Source of the DNA: an uncultured Chloroflexia bacterium
Lineage (GTDB): Bacteria > Chloroflexota > Limnocylindria > Limnocylindrales > CSP1-4
Direction: 5' to 3'
Assembly (NCBI GenBank): GCA_963766735.1
Contig: CAVYBU010000007.1
Location: 224,001 to 288,000 of the forward strand
DNA length: 64,000 nt
The position numbers and the translations under genes were made by a program. The notes under the pieces were generated by a model, which was not told where the DNA came from, made no database searches, and saw only the letters and a program-made list of their open reading frames with translations. Shown here one piece after another: positions 28,146 to 37,351 of this stretch. Each line of letters begins with the position of its first letter. Position 1 is the stretch's first letter.

Positions 28146-29399
28146 TCACGTCGCCGAGCGGCGGGCCGGGCGGGCCGCGATCTCGCGTGCTCGCTTCCGG
28201 TCATCCCAGTTGTGCCAGACCACGAGGAGGGGGCTCGCGTTGAAGATCGAGGAGTAGGTCCCGGAGATGATGCCCAGGAGCAGTGCCAGGACGAATGTGC
28301 CGATGGCATCGCCTGCGAACAGCAGCAGCGAGAGCAGCGTGATCACCACCGTGAGGGTCGTTGTGATGGACCGTCCGAACGTCTGCAGAATGGAGTGATT
28401 GACGATCCGGTCGAACGGCTCGCCGGAGTGTCGCGCACGGTTCTCACGGACACGGTCGAACACGACGATGGTGTCGTGGACCGAGAAGCCGATGACGGTC
28501 AGCATCGCCGTGACGAACAGGCCGTCGATCATGACCCCGGCGAACGTGCCCAGGATCGCGAAGATCCCCACGACCACGATCACGTCGTGCAGCAACGCTC
28601 CGAGCGCCGTCACGCCCATCCTGAAGTCCCGGAACCGGTAGGTGATCCAGGCCATGATCCCGATCGAGCCGATCAGGATCAGAAGCAGGGCCTGGGAGAC
28701 CAGGTCGGCGGACACGACGGCACCCACCGTGGACAGGGAGCGCTGCTCAGCGATCGGGCCGAGCTGCTCCTCGAGGGCAAAGCGGACGTCGCCGAATTTG
28801 CCGGTGCTCGGGAGGATGCCGATCCCCGCCTCGGGAGACGACGATGGGCTGGGGGCTGCGCTCGCCGCGGCCGAAGCAGAAGGGGCGGGCGAGGCCGAGG
28901 GCGCCGGCGTGGGTGATGGCGTCGGGGCGGGAGATGCGGACGCGGCAGGAGACCCGGAGGCAGAAGCAGCTGCCGAGGCGGCTGCAGTCGCGGACGGAGC
29001 CGCGGTCGCCGAGGGAGCGGCCGTCGCCGAGGCAGCCGCGCTGGCCGACGCAACCGCCGAGGCGGATGCCGAAGGGGCGATCGTCGGTGGCGGGGTGGGT
29101 GAAGGCTCGGGCGCAGCAAGTGCGGCCTCGCGGGTCCTGATCTCCATGAACCCTTCGCCGGTCTGCGTGACGCTCGCCTCGATCCCCTGGCCCGCGACCA
29201 CGTCCTTGACCTGCTGCGGGCTGACGTTCTCGTCCTCGAACCGGATGGACCAGACGGTGCCGCCGGTGAAGTCGATGGCGAACTGGAGGCCGACCTTGCC
29301 GCCGGTGATGGGGCCCAGGATGATGAAGATCAGGCCGGGGATCATGATCGCGAGGGAGAAGGCGAAGAAGTACTTGCGCTTCCCGATGACGTCAAACAC
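28146..29399 (-). CDS. secF: Protein translocase subunit SecF
   Basis: IDFTGGT, LLHDV, IGFSVHDTIVVFDRVREN and GTYSSIFNA; GTG start overlaps secD. Confidence 0.95.
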   Translation of the reverse strand: MFDVIGKRKYFFAFSLAIMIPGLIFIILGPITGGKVGLQFAIDFTGGTVWSIRFEDENVSPQQVKDVVAGQGIEASVTQTGEGFMEIRTREAALAAPEPSPTPPPTIAPSASASAVASASAAASATAAPSATAAPSATAAASAAASASGSPAASASPAPTPSPTPAPSASPAPSASAAASAAPSPSSSPEAGIGILPSTGKFGDVRFALEEQLGPIAEQRSLSTVGAVVSADLVSQALLLILIGSIGIMAWITYRFRDFRMGVTALGALLHDVIVVVGIFAILGTFAGVMIDGLFVTAMLTVIGFSVHDTIVVFDRVRENRARHSGEPFDRIVNHSILQTFGRSITTTLTVVITLLSLLLFAGDAIGTFVLALLLGIISGTYSSIFNASPLLVVWHNWDDRKRAREIAARPARRSAT

Positions 29400-30750
29400 G
29401 CCCGCGCGCCTCTCCGCGTCGGGCTGCGCGCCCGGTCGTCGGGCGGGCCAGGAACTCCCCGTCCGTGACGCCATAGAAGGCCGCCTTGCGTGCCCATGGC
29501 TGAGCGACGATGATCCGGAGGACCGACCGGGTGACGGTAATGGCCGTGAACATCGACACGAGGACGCCGATGATCAGCACCAGGCCGAAGCCCTTGATCG
29601 TTGAGGAGCCGAACAGGAACAGGATCGTGGCCGTGATGAGGCTCGACACGTTGGAGTCGAGGATCGAGTTCCAGGCCCGGTTGAACCCGGCCTCGATCGC
29701 CGCCGGCAGGCTCTTGCCCACCCGGAGCTCCTCTTTCGTCCGTTCGAAGATGAGGATGTTCGCATCCACCGCCATGCCCACCGAGAGCACGAAGCCCGCG
29801 ATGCCGGCCAGCGTCAGGGTCACCCCGAGAAGCCGGAAGACCGCGTAGACGATCAGGGTGTAGAAGATGAGGGCGCCGCTGGCCACGACGCCGGGCAGCC
29901 GGTAGTGGACGATCATGAAGAACATGACCATCAGGATCGCGATGACGCCGCCCAGGAGCATCTGGGACAGGAACGCCTCGCCGAGCGTCGGGCTGACAGT
30001 CGTGTTCGCGAGCTCCTCGATCGGGTACGGCAGCTGGCCGAACTGCAGGATCGTCACCAGGTTCTGCGCCTCGTCCAGCGGATAGCCGCCGATGCCACCG
30101 GACGAGATCTGGACCTGGCCGTTGGGGATGGAGCTCTGGATGATGGGGGCCGTGATGACCTTGCCGTCCAGGACGATGGCGAAGTACTGGCCGACGTGCT
30201 CCGCGGTGTAGTTGGCGAACAGGTCCTTCCCCTCGGCCTCGAGGGTGAAGTTCACGGTCCGCTGACCGGTCTCGTCGGCGCCGATGCTGGCGGCGGCAAC
30301 CTGGTCACCCGAGAAGAGCGGCGGGAACTGGGTGAGGTCCAGCTCCTGGCCCGAGGTGGCGGTCGTCGTGCCGAGGGGCACGAAGTCGAGCCGGCCCGTC
30401 GTGCCCACCAGCTTGCGGATCTGGTCCGCGTTCTGGATGCCGGGCATCTCCACGATGATGCGGTCCGGGTCCTGCACCACGACCTGGGGCTCCGAGACAC
30501 CGGACGCGTCGACGCGGTTGAGGATGATCTGCTTGAGGACCTCGAGGTCTGCCTTGGTGGGCACCTTCCCCTCGGCCGGGAGCACGCGGTACTCGATCCG
30601 CAGGCCACCCTGCAGGTCCAGGCCGAGCTTGGTCTCGGCCACCGCTGCCTCTCCGGAGGGGCTGAGGGACGGCAGGGGCAGCGGGAAGATGACCGCCACC
30701 AAGGCGAGCAACCCGACGACGACGATCAGGATCGGACCGGTTCTACGCAT
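29392..30750 (-). CDS. secD: Protein translocase subunit SecD
   Basis: LGLDLQGG, GMAVDANILIFER and ILDSNV. Confidence 0.96.
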   Translation of the reverse strand: MRRTGPILIVVVGLLALVAVIFPLPLPSLSPSGEAAVAETKLGLDLQGGLRIEYRVLPAEGKVPTKADLEVLKQIILNRVDASGVSEPQVVVQDPDRIIVEMPGIQNADQIRKLVGTTGRLDFVPLGTTTATSGQELDLTQFPPLFSGDQVAAASIGADETGQRTVNFTLEAEGKDLFANYTAEHVGQYFAIVLDGKVITAPIIQSSIPNGQVQISSGGIGGYPLDEAQNLVTILQFGQLPYPIEELANTTVSPTLGEAFLSQMLLGGVIAILMVMFFMIVHYRLPGVVASGALIFYTLIVYAVFRLLGVTLTLAGIAGFVLSVGMAVDANILIFERTKEELRVGKSLPAAIEAGFNRAWNSILDSNVSSLITATILFLFGSSTIKGFGLVLIIGVLVSMFTAITVTRSVLRIIVAQPWARKAAFYGVTDGEFLARPTTGRAARRGEARGRV

Positions 30751-30841
30751 CGGGGCGGGATGATACAGGGGACGGCGCGACCGCGCCGCCCGCTATCGCG
30801 AAGATGATCGGCGCGCGCCCGCGTGCCGGGCGCCGATACCG

Positions 30842-33800
30842 TCAGCTGGCCAGCCGCGGTCCCCCACTGAGCCCGGCGGCACCGGACCGCGGACCACGGA
30901 AGTGCGAGAACAGGAAGGCACTGCCCAGGAGCAGGACCCCCAGTCCGGCGAGAACCAACGCGCGATACGCGACGTCCATCGCAGCCAGGTCGATCACGAA
31001 CACCTTGACCGTTGCGATACCCAGCAGGGCGAAGCCGCCGTGCCGCAGCATCGACTGCCGGCGGACCAGGCCGATGACCAGGAGACACGCACCGATCGCG
31101 GTCCAGCACACGCTGAGCGCCACCTGGGCCTGCTTGCCCAGCTCCTCCGCCGGGATCGAGCCGCCGATGAGACCCTCGAAGATACCGACGATGCCCACCG
31201 ACACGAGGTAGAGGGCCGTGAACCCTGCGCCAACCTCCAGCCACGCCCGCCAGCGGGCAAACGCCACCTGCCGTGCCGCGACGAGCAGGCCGATGGCCAC
31301 CGTCGAGAGGGACAGGGCCCACGCTGCGAGCATCGCGGGACGGCCCTCCTCCACCCAAAGCCGGTCCGGTGGCGCCACGATCCCATAGGCCACCAGCGCC
31401 CCGCCCGTCCACAGGCCGACTCCGACCAGCGTGTACGCCAGGGCACCCCGGGCGTCCAGGCGTGCGATCGCGAGCATCAGCGCGGCGAGCGCAACCCAGA
31501 TGACCACGACCCAGTCCGCGTACACCTCGAACGGAACGAGGAGTGCGGCGATGAGGACCGCGGCGATCACGCCCGCCTGGCGGACGGCCGCGAGGCTGGT
31601 CCAACGTGCGGCAGCCAGGGCCGAGGCGGCCAGCAGGGCGGCCGCAAGCGCCCGGTCATCGGTGAACGGGACCGGGGGTGGGGTGACGGAACCCCAGGTG
31701 ACCGGATCGAGGTAGCGCGAGAGGGCGAACACGAGGGCGGACGACCAGGCCACCAGGCCCGCGGCGCCCGCCAGCTGGTCGAACGGGAGCGCGTCCTGAA
31801 GCCACGCGTAGCGTCGCGCCTCGGGGAGCCGGACCAGCCCTCGGTCGACGATGACGCCGATCGGCAGCAGGATCGCGAGGAGGCCGACCAGGGCGGTGCC
31901 TTCGACCTCCGATCCGGCGGCCCAGGCGACCAGGAGAATGCCGATACCGGCCAGCGCCGACCGGATCCAGCGGACACCGACGAGAGCTCCGGCCGCGGCC
32001 AGCCCGGCCAGGACCACGCCCAGCGAGGCGCCGGCGGGGTTGAGGAACGGCGTCCCGGTGACGTCGCCCAGCCCGCTCGGCGGGTACTCCGTGGTGAGGA
32101 GGAGCAGGACGGCAAGCCCGCCGGCGAAGAGCGACGACGCCGACGCCAGCCACCCGCCGCGGACCCACCCCGCCACGGGCTCGAGCCCGTCATTCACGGG
32201 CAGGCGCTCGATGAGCCGGTCCAGCAGCAGACCCGCCAGCGCGATCCCGGTGAGCGCGGCGGCGAGGTACGGGCCCGCCAGCTCGAAGGTGACGGCATAC
32301 GCCGCGAGAACGACGCCGGTCGCCGCAAGGGCGGACCGTATCCACCGGACGGGCACCAGCGCGATCGCGACCGCGATCGCCGCCAGGACGGCCCCGAGGG
32401 AGCCGGCCTCCGCATGCAGGAATGGCGGCGAGAAGGCGGGTTCCACGCGAAGGCCCGCCTCCCACAGGGGATACTCGACGACGAGCAGGTGCGTCACGAC
32501 GAGGCCGCCCAGGACCAGGGAGGCCGCTGCTGACCACGTGTGGCGCCTTCGAACGGCGAGCCACGCAAGGGCCACGGACTCCGCCGCCCAGGCGACCGGC
32601 ACGGCCGCCGCGCCCAGCTGGACGAACGCCGCGATGGCGAGCAGGGCGACGCCGGTGCCCGCGACGAGGTTGCCGAACAGGTGCCCGAGCCCCTGGCGGG
32701 CCAGGAACCAGCCACCGAGGAGCAGGTGGGCGAGCGACGCGACGGCGATGAACGTCCCGCGCCACACCGCGAGGTCGCCGCCCAGGACCACGTAGCCGCC
32801 CCAGAGGAGGAACGTCGCGTTCGCGAGGACGAGCGTCGCGCTGGACGGGCGGAGGTCGTCCCGGCGGATCCGGATCTCCTCTCCGGCGGCGGCCACCACG
32901 TTGACCAGCCAGAAGCCAGCCAGGGCGACGATCGCCTGGACGGGCTCGGGATCGCCCATCAGCCAGCTGGCGAGCTGCGGCGCCGCCAGGATGAAGGCCA
33001 GCGGCGGCAGGTACGGCCACGTGCGGAAGAGCGCGATGGCGGTCGTCCCGACGAGGGTCACGGCAACGAACAGGAGGGTGAGCGTCGTGGGCGAGGCGCC
33101 AACGACCGGGGGCGCGATCAGGGCCGCAATGAGCCCGAAGGCCGCGACCTCCTTCGCGTCGAAGCGGATTGCGATCACAGCCGCGGCGATGGCGGCAACC
33201 AGGGCCCCGGCGAGACCGACCTCCGGGGGCACCAGGGCGTAGAGCCGTGTCGCGGCAAACAGGGCGATCGAGATGATCCCCAGGCCCACCGCGCTCAGTA
33301 CGTTGCCCATCAGTCGGTTGTGGCGGGCGAGCATGACGGCTCCGCCGGCGAACGCCGCGATGCCGGCGCCCAGGCCGATCAGAACCCGCATTGGCTCGTT
33401 GATCCAGCCACGGCTGAACGCGAGGCTGAGGAAGAACACCGCGGCCGCAACCAGCGCCAGGCCGCCCACCCAGGCGAGCGCACGCCCGGCGAAGCGCTCC
33501 TCCAGGTCGCGCAGCGAGAACGCGGGTCCCGCCGGCGAGGCCGACGCAGTCCGTGGACCGGGATGAGTGTCCGGCTCGGGACGGCTGCGCGTCTCTGTCG
33601 TCGGCGATCCGGTGGAGGCAGGTTCCGGGTTCCTCCACCACGTCGAGCTCTGCCACCCCGGGATGGCGGTGAGAGCGGGCGCGCCAGTTTCCGCAACCGG
33701 GGCAGCCTGAGTCGCGGAAGCTGCCGGAGTGACCGGCGCATCTGCGGAGGCTGGCCCGGGCCTTCGCTGGCGGACAGAGGGATGCGGCGGCGGGTCGGGT

Positions 33801-33931
33801 GGCCGCCGGGCGGCGAGGCTCGTGGTCGCGGCGCGATCGGCCAGCTGGGTGACCTCGAGCCTGGCCAGCCGTCGCTCCAGGTGGGCGAGGCGTCGCTCGA
33901 GCGACTCCAGGGTGTATGCGTCGTCGTCCAT
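30842..33931 (-). CDS. DUF2339-like large polytopic membrane protein
   Basis: N-terminal coiled coil, LEERFAGRALAWVGG, and C-terminal KVFVIDL...YRALVLAGLG. Confidence 0.8.
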   Translation of the reverse strand: MDDDAYTLESLERRLAHLERRLARLEVTQLADRAATTSLAARRPPDPPPHPSVRQRRPGPASADAPVTPAASATQAAPVAETGAPALTAIPGWQSSTWWRNPEPASTGSPTTETRSRPEPDTHPGPRTASASPAGPAFSLRDLEERFAGRALAWVGGLALVAAAVFFLSLAFSRGWINEPMRVLIGLGAGIAAFAGGAVMLARHNRLMGNVLSAVGLGIISIALFAATRLYALVPPEVGLAGALVAAIAAAVIAIRFDAKEVAAFGLIAALIAPPVVGASPTTLTLLFVAVTLVGTTAIALFRTWPYLPPLAFILAAPQLASWLMGDPEPVQAIVALAGFWLVNVVAAAGEEIRIRRDDLRPSSATLVLANATFLLWGGYVVLGGDLAVWRGTFIAVASLAHLLLGGWFLARQGLGHLFGNLVAGTGVALLAIAAFVQLGAAAVPVAWAAESVALAWLAVRRRHTWSAAASLVLGGLVVTHLLVVEYPLWEAGLRVEPAFSPPFLHAEAGSLGAVLAAIAVAIALVPVRWIRSALAATGVVLAAYAVTFELAGPYLAAALTGIALAGLLLDRLIERLPVNDGLEPVAGWVRGGWLASASSLFAGGLAVLLLLTTEYPPSGLGDVTGTPFLNPAGASLGVVLAGLAAAGALVGVRWIRSALAGIGILLVAWAAGSEVEGTALVGLLAILLPIGVIVDRGLVRLPEARRYAWLQDALPFDQLAGAAGLVAWSSALVFALSRYLDPVTWGSVTPPPVPFTDDRALAAALLAASALAAARWTSLAAVRQAGVIAAVLIAALLVPFEVYADWVVVIWVALAALMLAIARLDARGALAYTLVGVGLWTGGALVAYGIVAPPDRLWVEEGRPAMLAAWALSLSTVAIGLLVAARQVAFARWRAWLEVGAGFTALYLVSVGIVGIFEGLIGGSIPAEELGKQAQVALSVCWTAIGACLLVIGLVRRQSMLRHGGFALLGIATVKVFVIDLAAMDVAYRALVLAGLGVLLLGSAFLFSHFRGPRSGAAGLSGGPRLAS

Positions 33932-34043
33932 TGCACGCCCTCCCGCGGATCTCTGAACCTAGGGACGCCGGCGGGCGCAAACCGTTACAGATGCCCCAGG
34001 GTCGGATCCATCGCCGCGCCCGTGTCGGTGGGCGCTGCAGGCA

Positions 34044-35906
34044 TCAGGCCTCGAGATGCGCCTTGATCCGCTCCGCCAGCGCCCGCCCGATCCCGGGCAC
34101 GGCGGCGATCTGCTCCACGGGCGCCTCGCGCACGCGCTTCGCGGACCCGAACACCTTCAGCAGCTCCCGCTTGCGCTTCGGGCCGACACCCGGCAGATCG
34201 TCGAACGCGGATCGGACAGCCTTCCGGTTGCGCAGGCTGCGGTGGTAGGTGATGGCGAACCGATGGGCCTCGTCGCGCAGCCGCTGGACCAGGTACAGAG
34301 CCTGCGAGGTGACCGGCAGCAGGACCGCCTCGGCACGATCCGGCAGGATCAGCTCCTCGCGCTCCTTGGCGAGCCCGGCCAGCGGCAGGTCACCAATGCC
34401 CATCCCCGTCAGCGCCTCGAAGGCCGCGCTCACCTGGCCACGGCCTCCGTCCACGATGACGAGGTCCGGCAGTGCCCAGCGTCGCTCCTCCTCGGTCCCC
34501 TCCTCGCCCGATTTCGTCCCCTGGAATCGCCGGCGGAGCACCTCCTGGAGGCTGGCGAAGTCGTCCGCGCCCTCCACTGTCCTGATCCGGAACCGGCGGT
34601 ACTCCCCTGTTCGCGGTCGGCCCTCCTCGAAGACGACCATGCTGGCCACGTTCTCCATGCCCTGCAGGTTCGAGATGTCGTAGCACTCGATCCGCATCGG
34701 CGGCCCGGGGAGGCCCAGGGCAGCGGCGAGCTCCTCCAGCGCCCCCAGCGTCTTGCCCTCGTCCGCCAGCCAGCGGGCCGCCTCTCGGGCCAGCGCCTCG
34801 GCCGCGTTGCGGGTCGCCAGCTCCATCAGCTCCCGCTTCTCGCCGCGCTGGGGGGTGCGGATCCGGACGTGCGTGCCGCGCTTCGCGGTCAGGAAGGCCT
34901 CCAGGTCCGACGTGTCGGCCAGCGACCGTGGAACCAGCACCTCCCGCGGAACGCTCGTGGCCCGAGCGTAGTACTGCTCCAGGAAGCTGCCCAGAACCTC
35001 GTCGTCAGTGACGTCCCGGGGCGTGTCCAGGAAGAAGACGTCCCGCCCGAGCATCTTGCCGTTGCGGACGACGAACAGTTGCACCGCGGCCTGGGCGTCC
35101 CTGCGCGCCATCGCCACGAGGTCCAGCTCGGTGCGGGCGAAGGCGGCCATCTTCTGGCTCTCCATCGTCCGTTCGATCGACCGGATCTTGTCCCGGACTA
35201 CGGCCGCCTTCTCGTACTGCTGCTGCTCGGCCGCGAACGCCATCTCGTACCGGAGGCCGTCCACGAGCGTGTCCGTGTTGCCCTCCAGGAACAGCTCAAC
35301 CTGGGCGATGTCCGCACGGTAGGCGGCCTTCGCGATCGCCTCCACGCACGGGCCCTGGCAGCGCTTGATGTGGTACAGCAGGCAGGGACGGGACAGCGCC
35401 CGGGTTTCCTCCCGGATGTCAATCGTGCAGGTCCGAAACGGGAACAGGCGCCGGACCAGGTTCATCGCCTCGTCCACGGAGCTCGCCGATGCGTACGGCC
35501 CGAAGTAGCGGCTGCCGTCGCTGACGAGCTTCCGCGTTCGCTCGATTCGCGGAAAGTCATCCGCGAGCGTGATCTTGATGTAGGGGTAGCTCTTGTCGTC
35601 CTTGAGGCGGACGTTGAACCGCGGCTTGAACCGCTTGATCAGGTTCGCCTCGAGCAGCAACGCCTCGGAGACGGAGTCCACCTCGGTGACCTCCACGTCG
35701 ACGACGCGCTCGATCGCCTGGCGGATCTGGTGGAACTCGCCGGGCCCCCGGCCGCCCGGGGCCTGCTTCTGCCAGTAGCTGCGGACCCGGCTGCGGAGGC
35801 TCTGCGCCTTGCCGACATAGAGCACCTCGCCCCGGGCGTCCTTCATCAGGTACACGCCGGGTCGGTCGGGCAGGTTGGCGAGGGTCGCGGCGATCTCCGG
35901 GGTCAC
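34044..35906 (-). CDS. uvrC: Excinuclease ABC subunit C
   Basis: PGVYLM...YVGKA (GIY-YIG), ECYDIS, PDLVIVDGGRGQ and RDEAHRFA. Confidence 0.97.
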   Translation of the reverse strand: MTPEIAATLANLPDRPGVYLMKDARGEVLYVGKAQSLRSRVRSYWQKQAPGGRGPGEFHQIRQAIERVVDVEVTEVDSVSEALLLEANLIKRFKPRFNVRLKDDKSYPYIKITLADDFPRIERTRKLVSDGSRYFGPYASASSVDEAMNLVRRLFPFRTCTIDIREETRALSRPCLLYHIKRCQGPCVEAIAKAAYRADIAQVELFLEGNTDTLVDGLRYEMAFAAEQQQYEKAAVVRDKIRSIERTMESQKMAAFARTELDLVAMARRDAQAAVQLFVVRNGKMLGRDVFFLDTPRDVTDDEVLGSFLEQYYARATSVPREVLVPRSLADTSDLEAFLTAKRGTHVRIRTPQRGEKRELMELATRNAAEALAREAARWLADEGKTLGALEELAAALGLPGPPMRIECYDISNLQGMENVASMVVFEEGRPRTGEYRRFRIRTVEGADDFASLQEVLRRRFQGTKSGEEGTEEERRWALPDLVIVDGGRGQVSAAFEALTGMGIGDLPLAGLAKEREELILPDRAEAVLLPVTSQALYLVQRLRDEAHRFAITYHRSLRNRKAVRSAFDDLPGVGPKRKRELLKVFGSAKRVREAPVEQIAAVPGIGRALAERIKAHLEA

Positions 35907-35942
35907 GCCCCGATTGTGGGGCAGGCGGCGGCCATCTGCCGT

Positions 35943-37091
35943 TCAGCGTGCGGCGCGGTGCGCAGCGCCTTTCGTTTCGGCCCGCGGGGCGGCGCCCGGA
36001 AGCAGGAGCACGACCGCCGTGGCCAGCGGTGTTCCGTCGACGGTCGCGGTCAGGCGCCAGGATCCCGGGGCCAGCTCCCCCGTCCTCAGGTTGAGGTGCC
36101 AGGCGCCGTCGCTCCAGGAGAAGGTCCCCCCTGATCTCGTGGCGCCCGACACCGCGGCCGTGCCCGCGGCCGTCAACTGCTCGAGCATGAGGACGGGAGC
36201 CCCGATGACGCCGGAGCCCCGCGCCGTGGCATCCGCGGAGACCACGAGCTTGAGCGGGATCGTCCGGCCGAAGTGCCCGACGAGTGCCGGGGTCGCATCG
36301 CCGTCGAGCGGGTGACCCCACCTGGCGCTCAGTCGATGGACCGTCACGTCGAAGCTGCCGTACGCCTCATTGCCGGCGGCGTCCGTGGCCGTGCAGGTCA
36401 CGGTGGTGGTCCCGACGGGGAATGCGGCCCCGCTCGCCGGGGCGCACGACACCAGCGGGGACGGATCGGTGTCGTCCGTCGCCGTGGGCAGCGGCCAGGC
36501 GACGACGGCCGTCTCACCGGAGGTCCATGCGGACAAGGGGCCGGACACGCCCGCGAGGACAGGCGGCGTCGTGTCCGCTGGGGTGGCTGCGACCACATCG
36601 AGCACGACCGAGAAGCTGGTCAGGCCGGTGAGCCCGTCGGCCGGCGAGAAGCCGAACAGGACGCTGAACGACCGGTCCGGGCCGGGAGTGGTCGGCGCCG
36701 TCACGGCAAGCCGGGCGGGAACGTCGCCCGTGACCTGCTCGATGCCCATGGGGCAGCCTTCGCCATAGGCCGGCCAGGTGGCTGGAACGCTGATCCGGCC
36801 CGGGGACACGATGAGCGCCCCGTCGTCCGGGACCGTGATGGAAGAGGCGGTGACGTCGATGATCGAGCCGGCCGCCGCGTGCGCGGGGTACTTGCACGTC
36901 AGCCTGAGGACGACATCTACCGTCACGCTCGCGCCGGGCGCCACCTCCCCGAGATCCAGGGAGGTCTGGTTGCCGGCCGAGACCGCGTCACCGTCCGTGG
37001 CCAGCGTGTCCGCGAAGGCAAGTCCGGAAGCACCCAGCGAGAGGGCGATCGCGAGGGCCGCGGCACGGCGGAGGACGGGCGTGGCCAACAT
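35943..37091 (-). CDS. Secreted HYR-domain protein with a PxKF-like C-terminal domain
   Basis: Signal peptide; DTTPPVL...ASGAAFPVGTTTVTCTATDAAGN (HYR); GRTIPLKL; GGAGA RBS before ATG 37091. Confidence 0.78.
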   Translation of the reverse strand: MLATPVLRRAAALAIALSLGASGLAFADTLATDGDAVSAGNQTSLDLGEVAPGASVTVDVVLRLTCKYPAHAAAGSIIDVTASSITVPDDGALIVSPGRISVPATWPAYGEGCPMGIEQVTGDVPARLAVTAPTTPGPDRSFSVLFGFSPADGLTGLTSFSVVLDVVAATPADTTPPVLAGVSGPLSAWTSGETAVVAWPLPTATDDTDPSPLVSCAPASGAAFPVGTTTVTCTATDAAGNEAYGSFDVTVHRLSARWGHPLDGDATPALVGHFGRTIPLKLVVSADATARGSGVIGAPVLMLEQLTAAGTAAVSGATRSGGTFSWSDGAWHLNLRTGELAPGSWRLTATVDGTPLATAVVLLLPGAAPRAETKGAAHRAAR

Positions 37092-37298
37092 GAAGCATCT
37101 CCCTGTGCGGATCCCCGGCCGGGCGCCCATCCGGGCCATTGCCGGCAGCGCTCCACAAGGGTTGCGGGTGCAGCCGGCGCCGGCCATGGGCCGCTCGTCC
37201 CGTTCGGTGCGCAGCCGCGCCGCCCGTCCGTACCGGTGTCGCCGGTCACCGGTCCGGATCACGACACGCAACGAGCCCGCCGGCGGGGCCGGGAATCG

Positions 37299-37327
37299 CG
37301 AGGCCGGCGCCCTGGGCGCCGGCCTCG
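37299..37327 (-). terminator. 13-bp hairpin after the nucleotidase gene
   Basis: CGAGGCCGGCGCC-ctg-GGCGCCGGCCTCG. Confidence 0.6.
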
Positions 37328-37351
37328 TGGTGTGGGACGACGGGGATGGTC

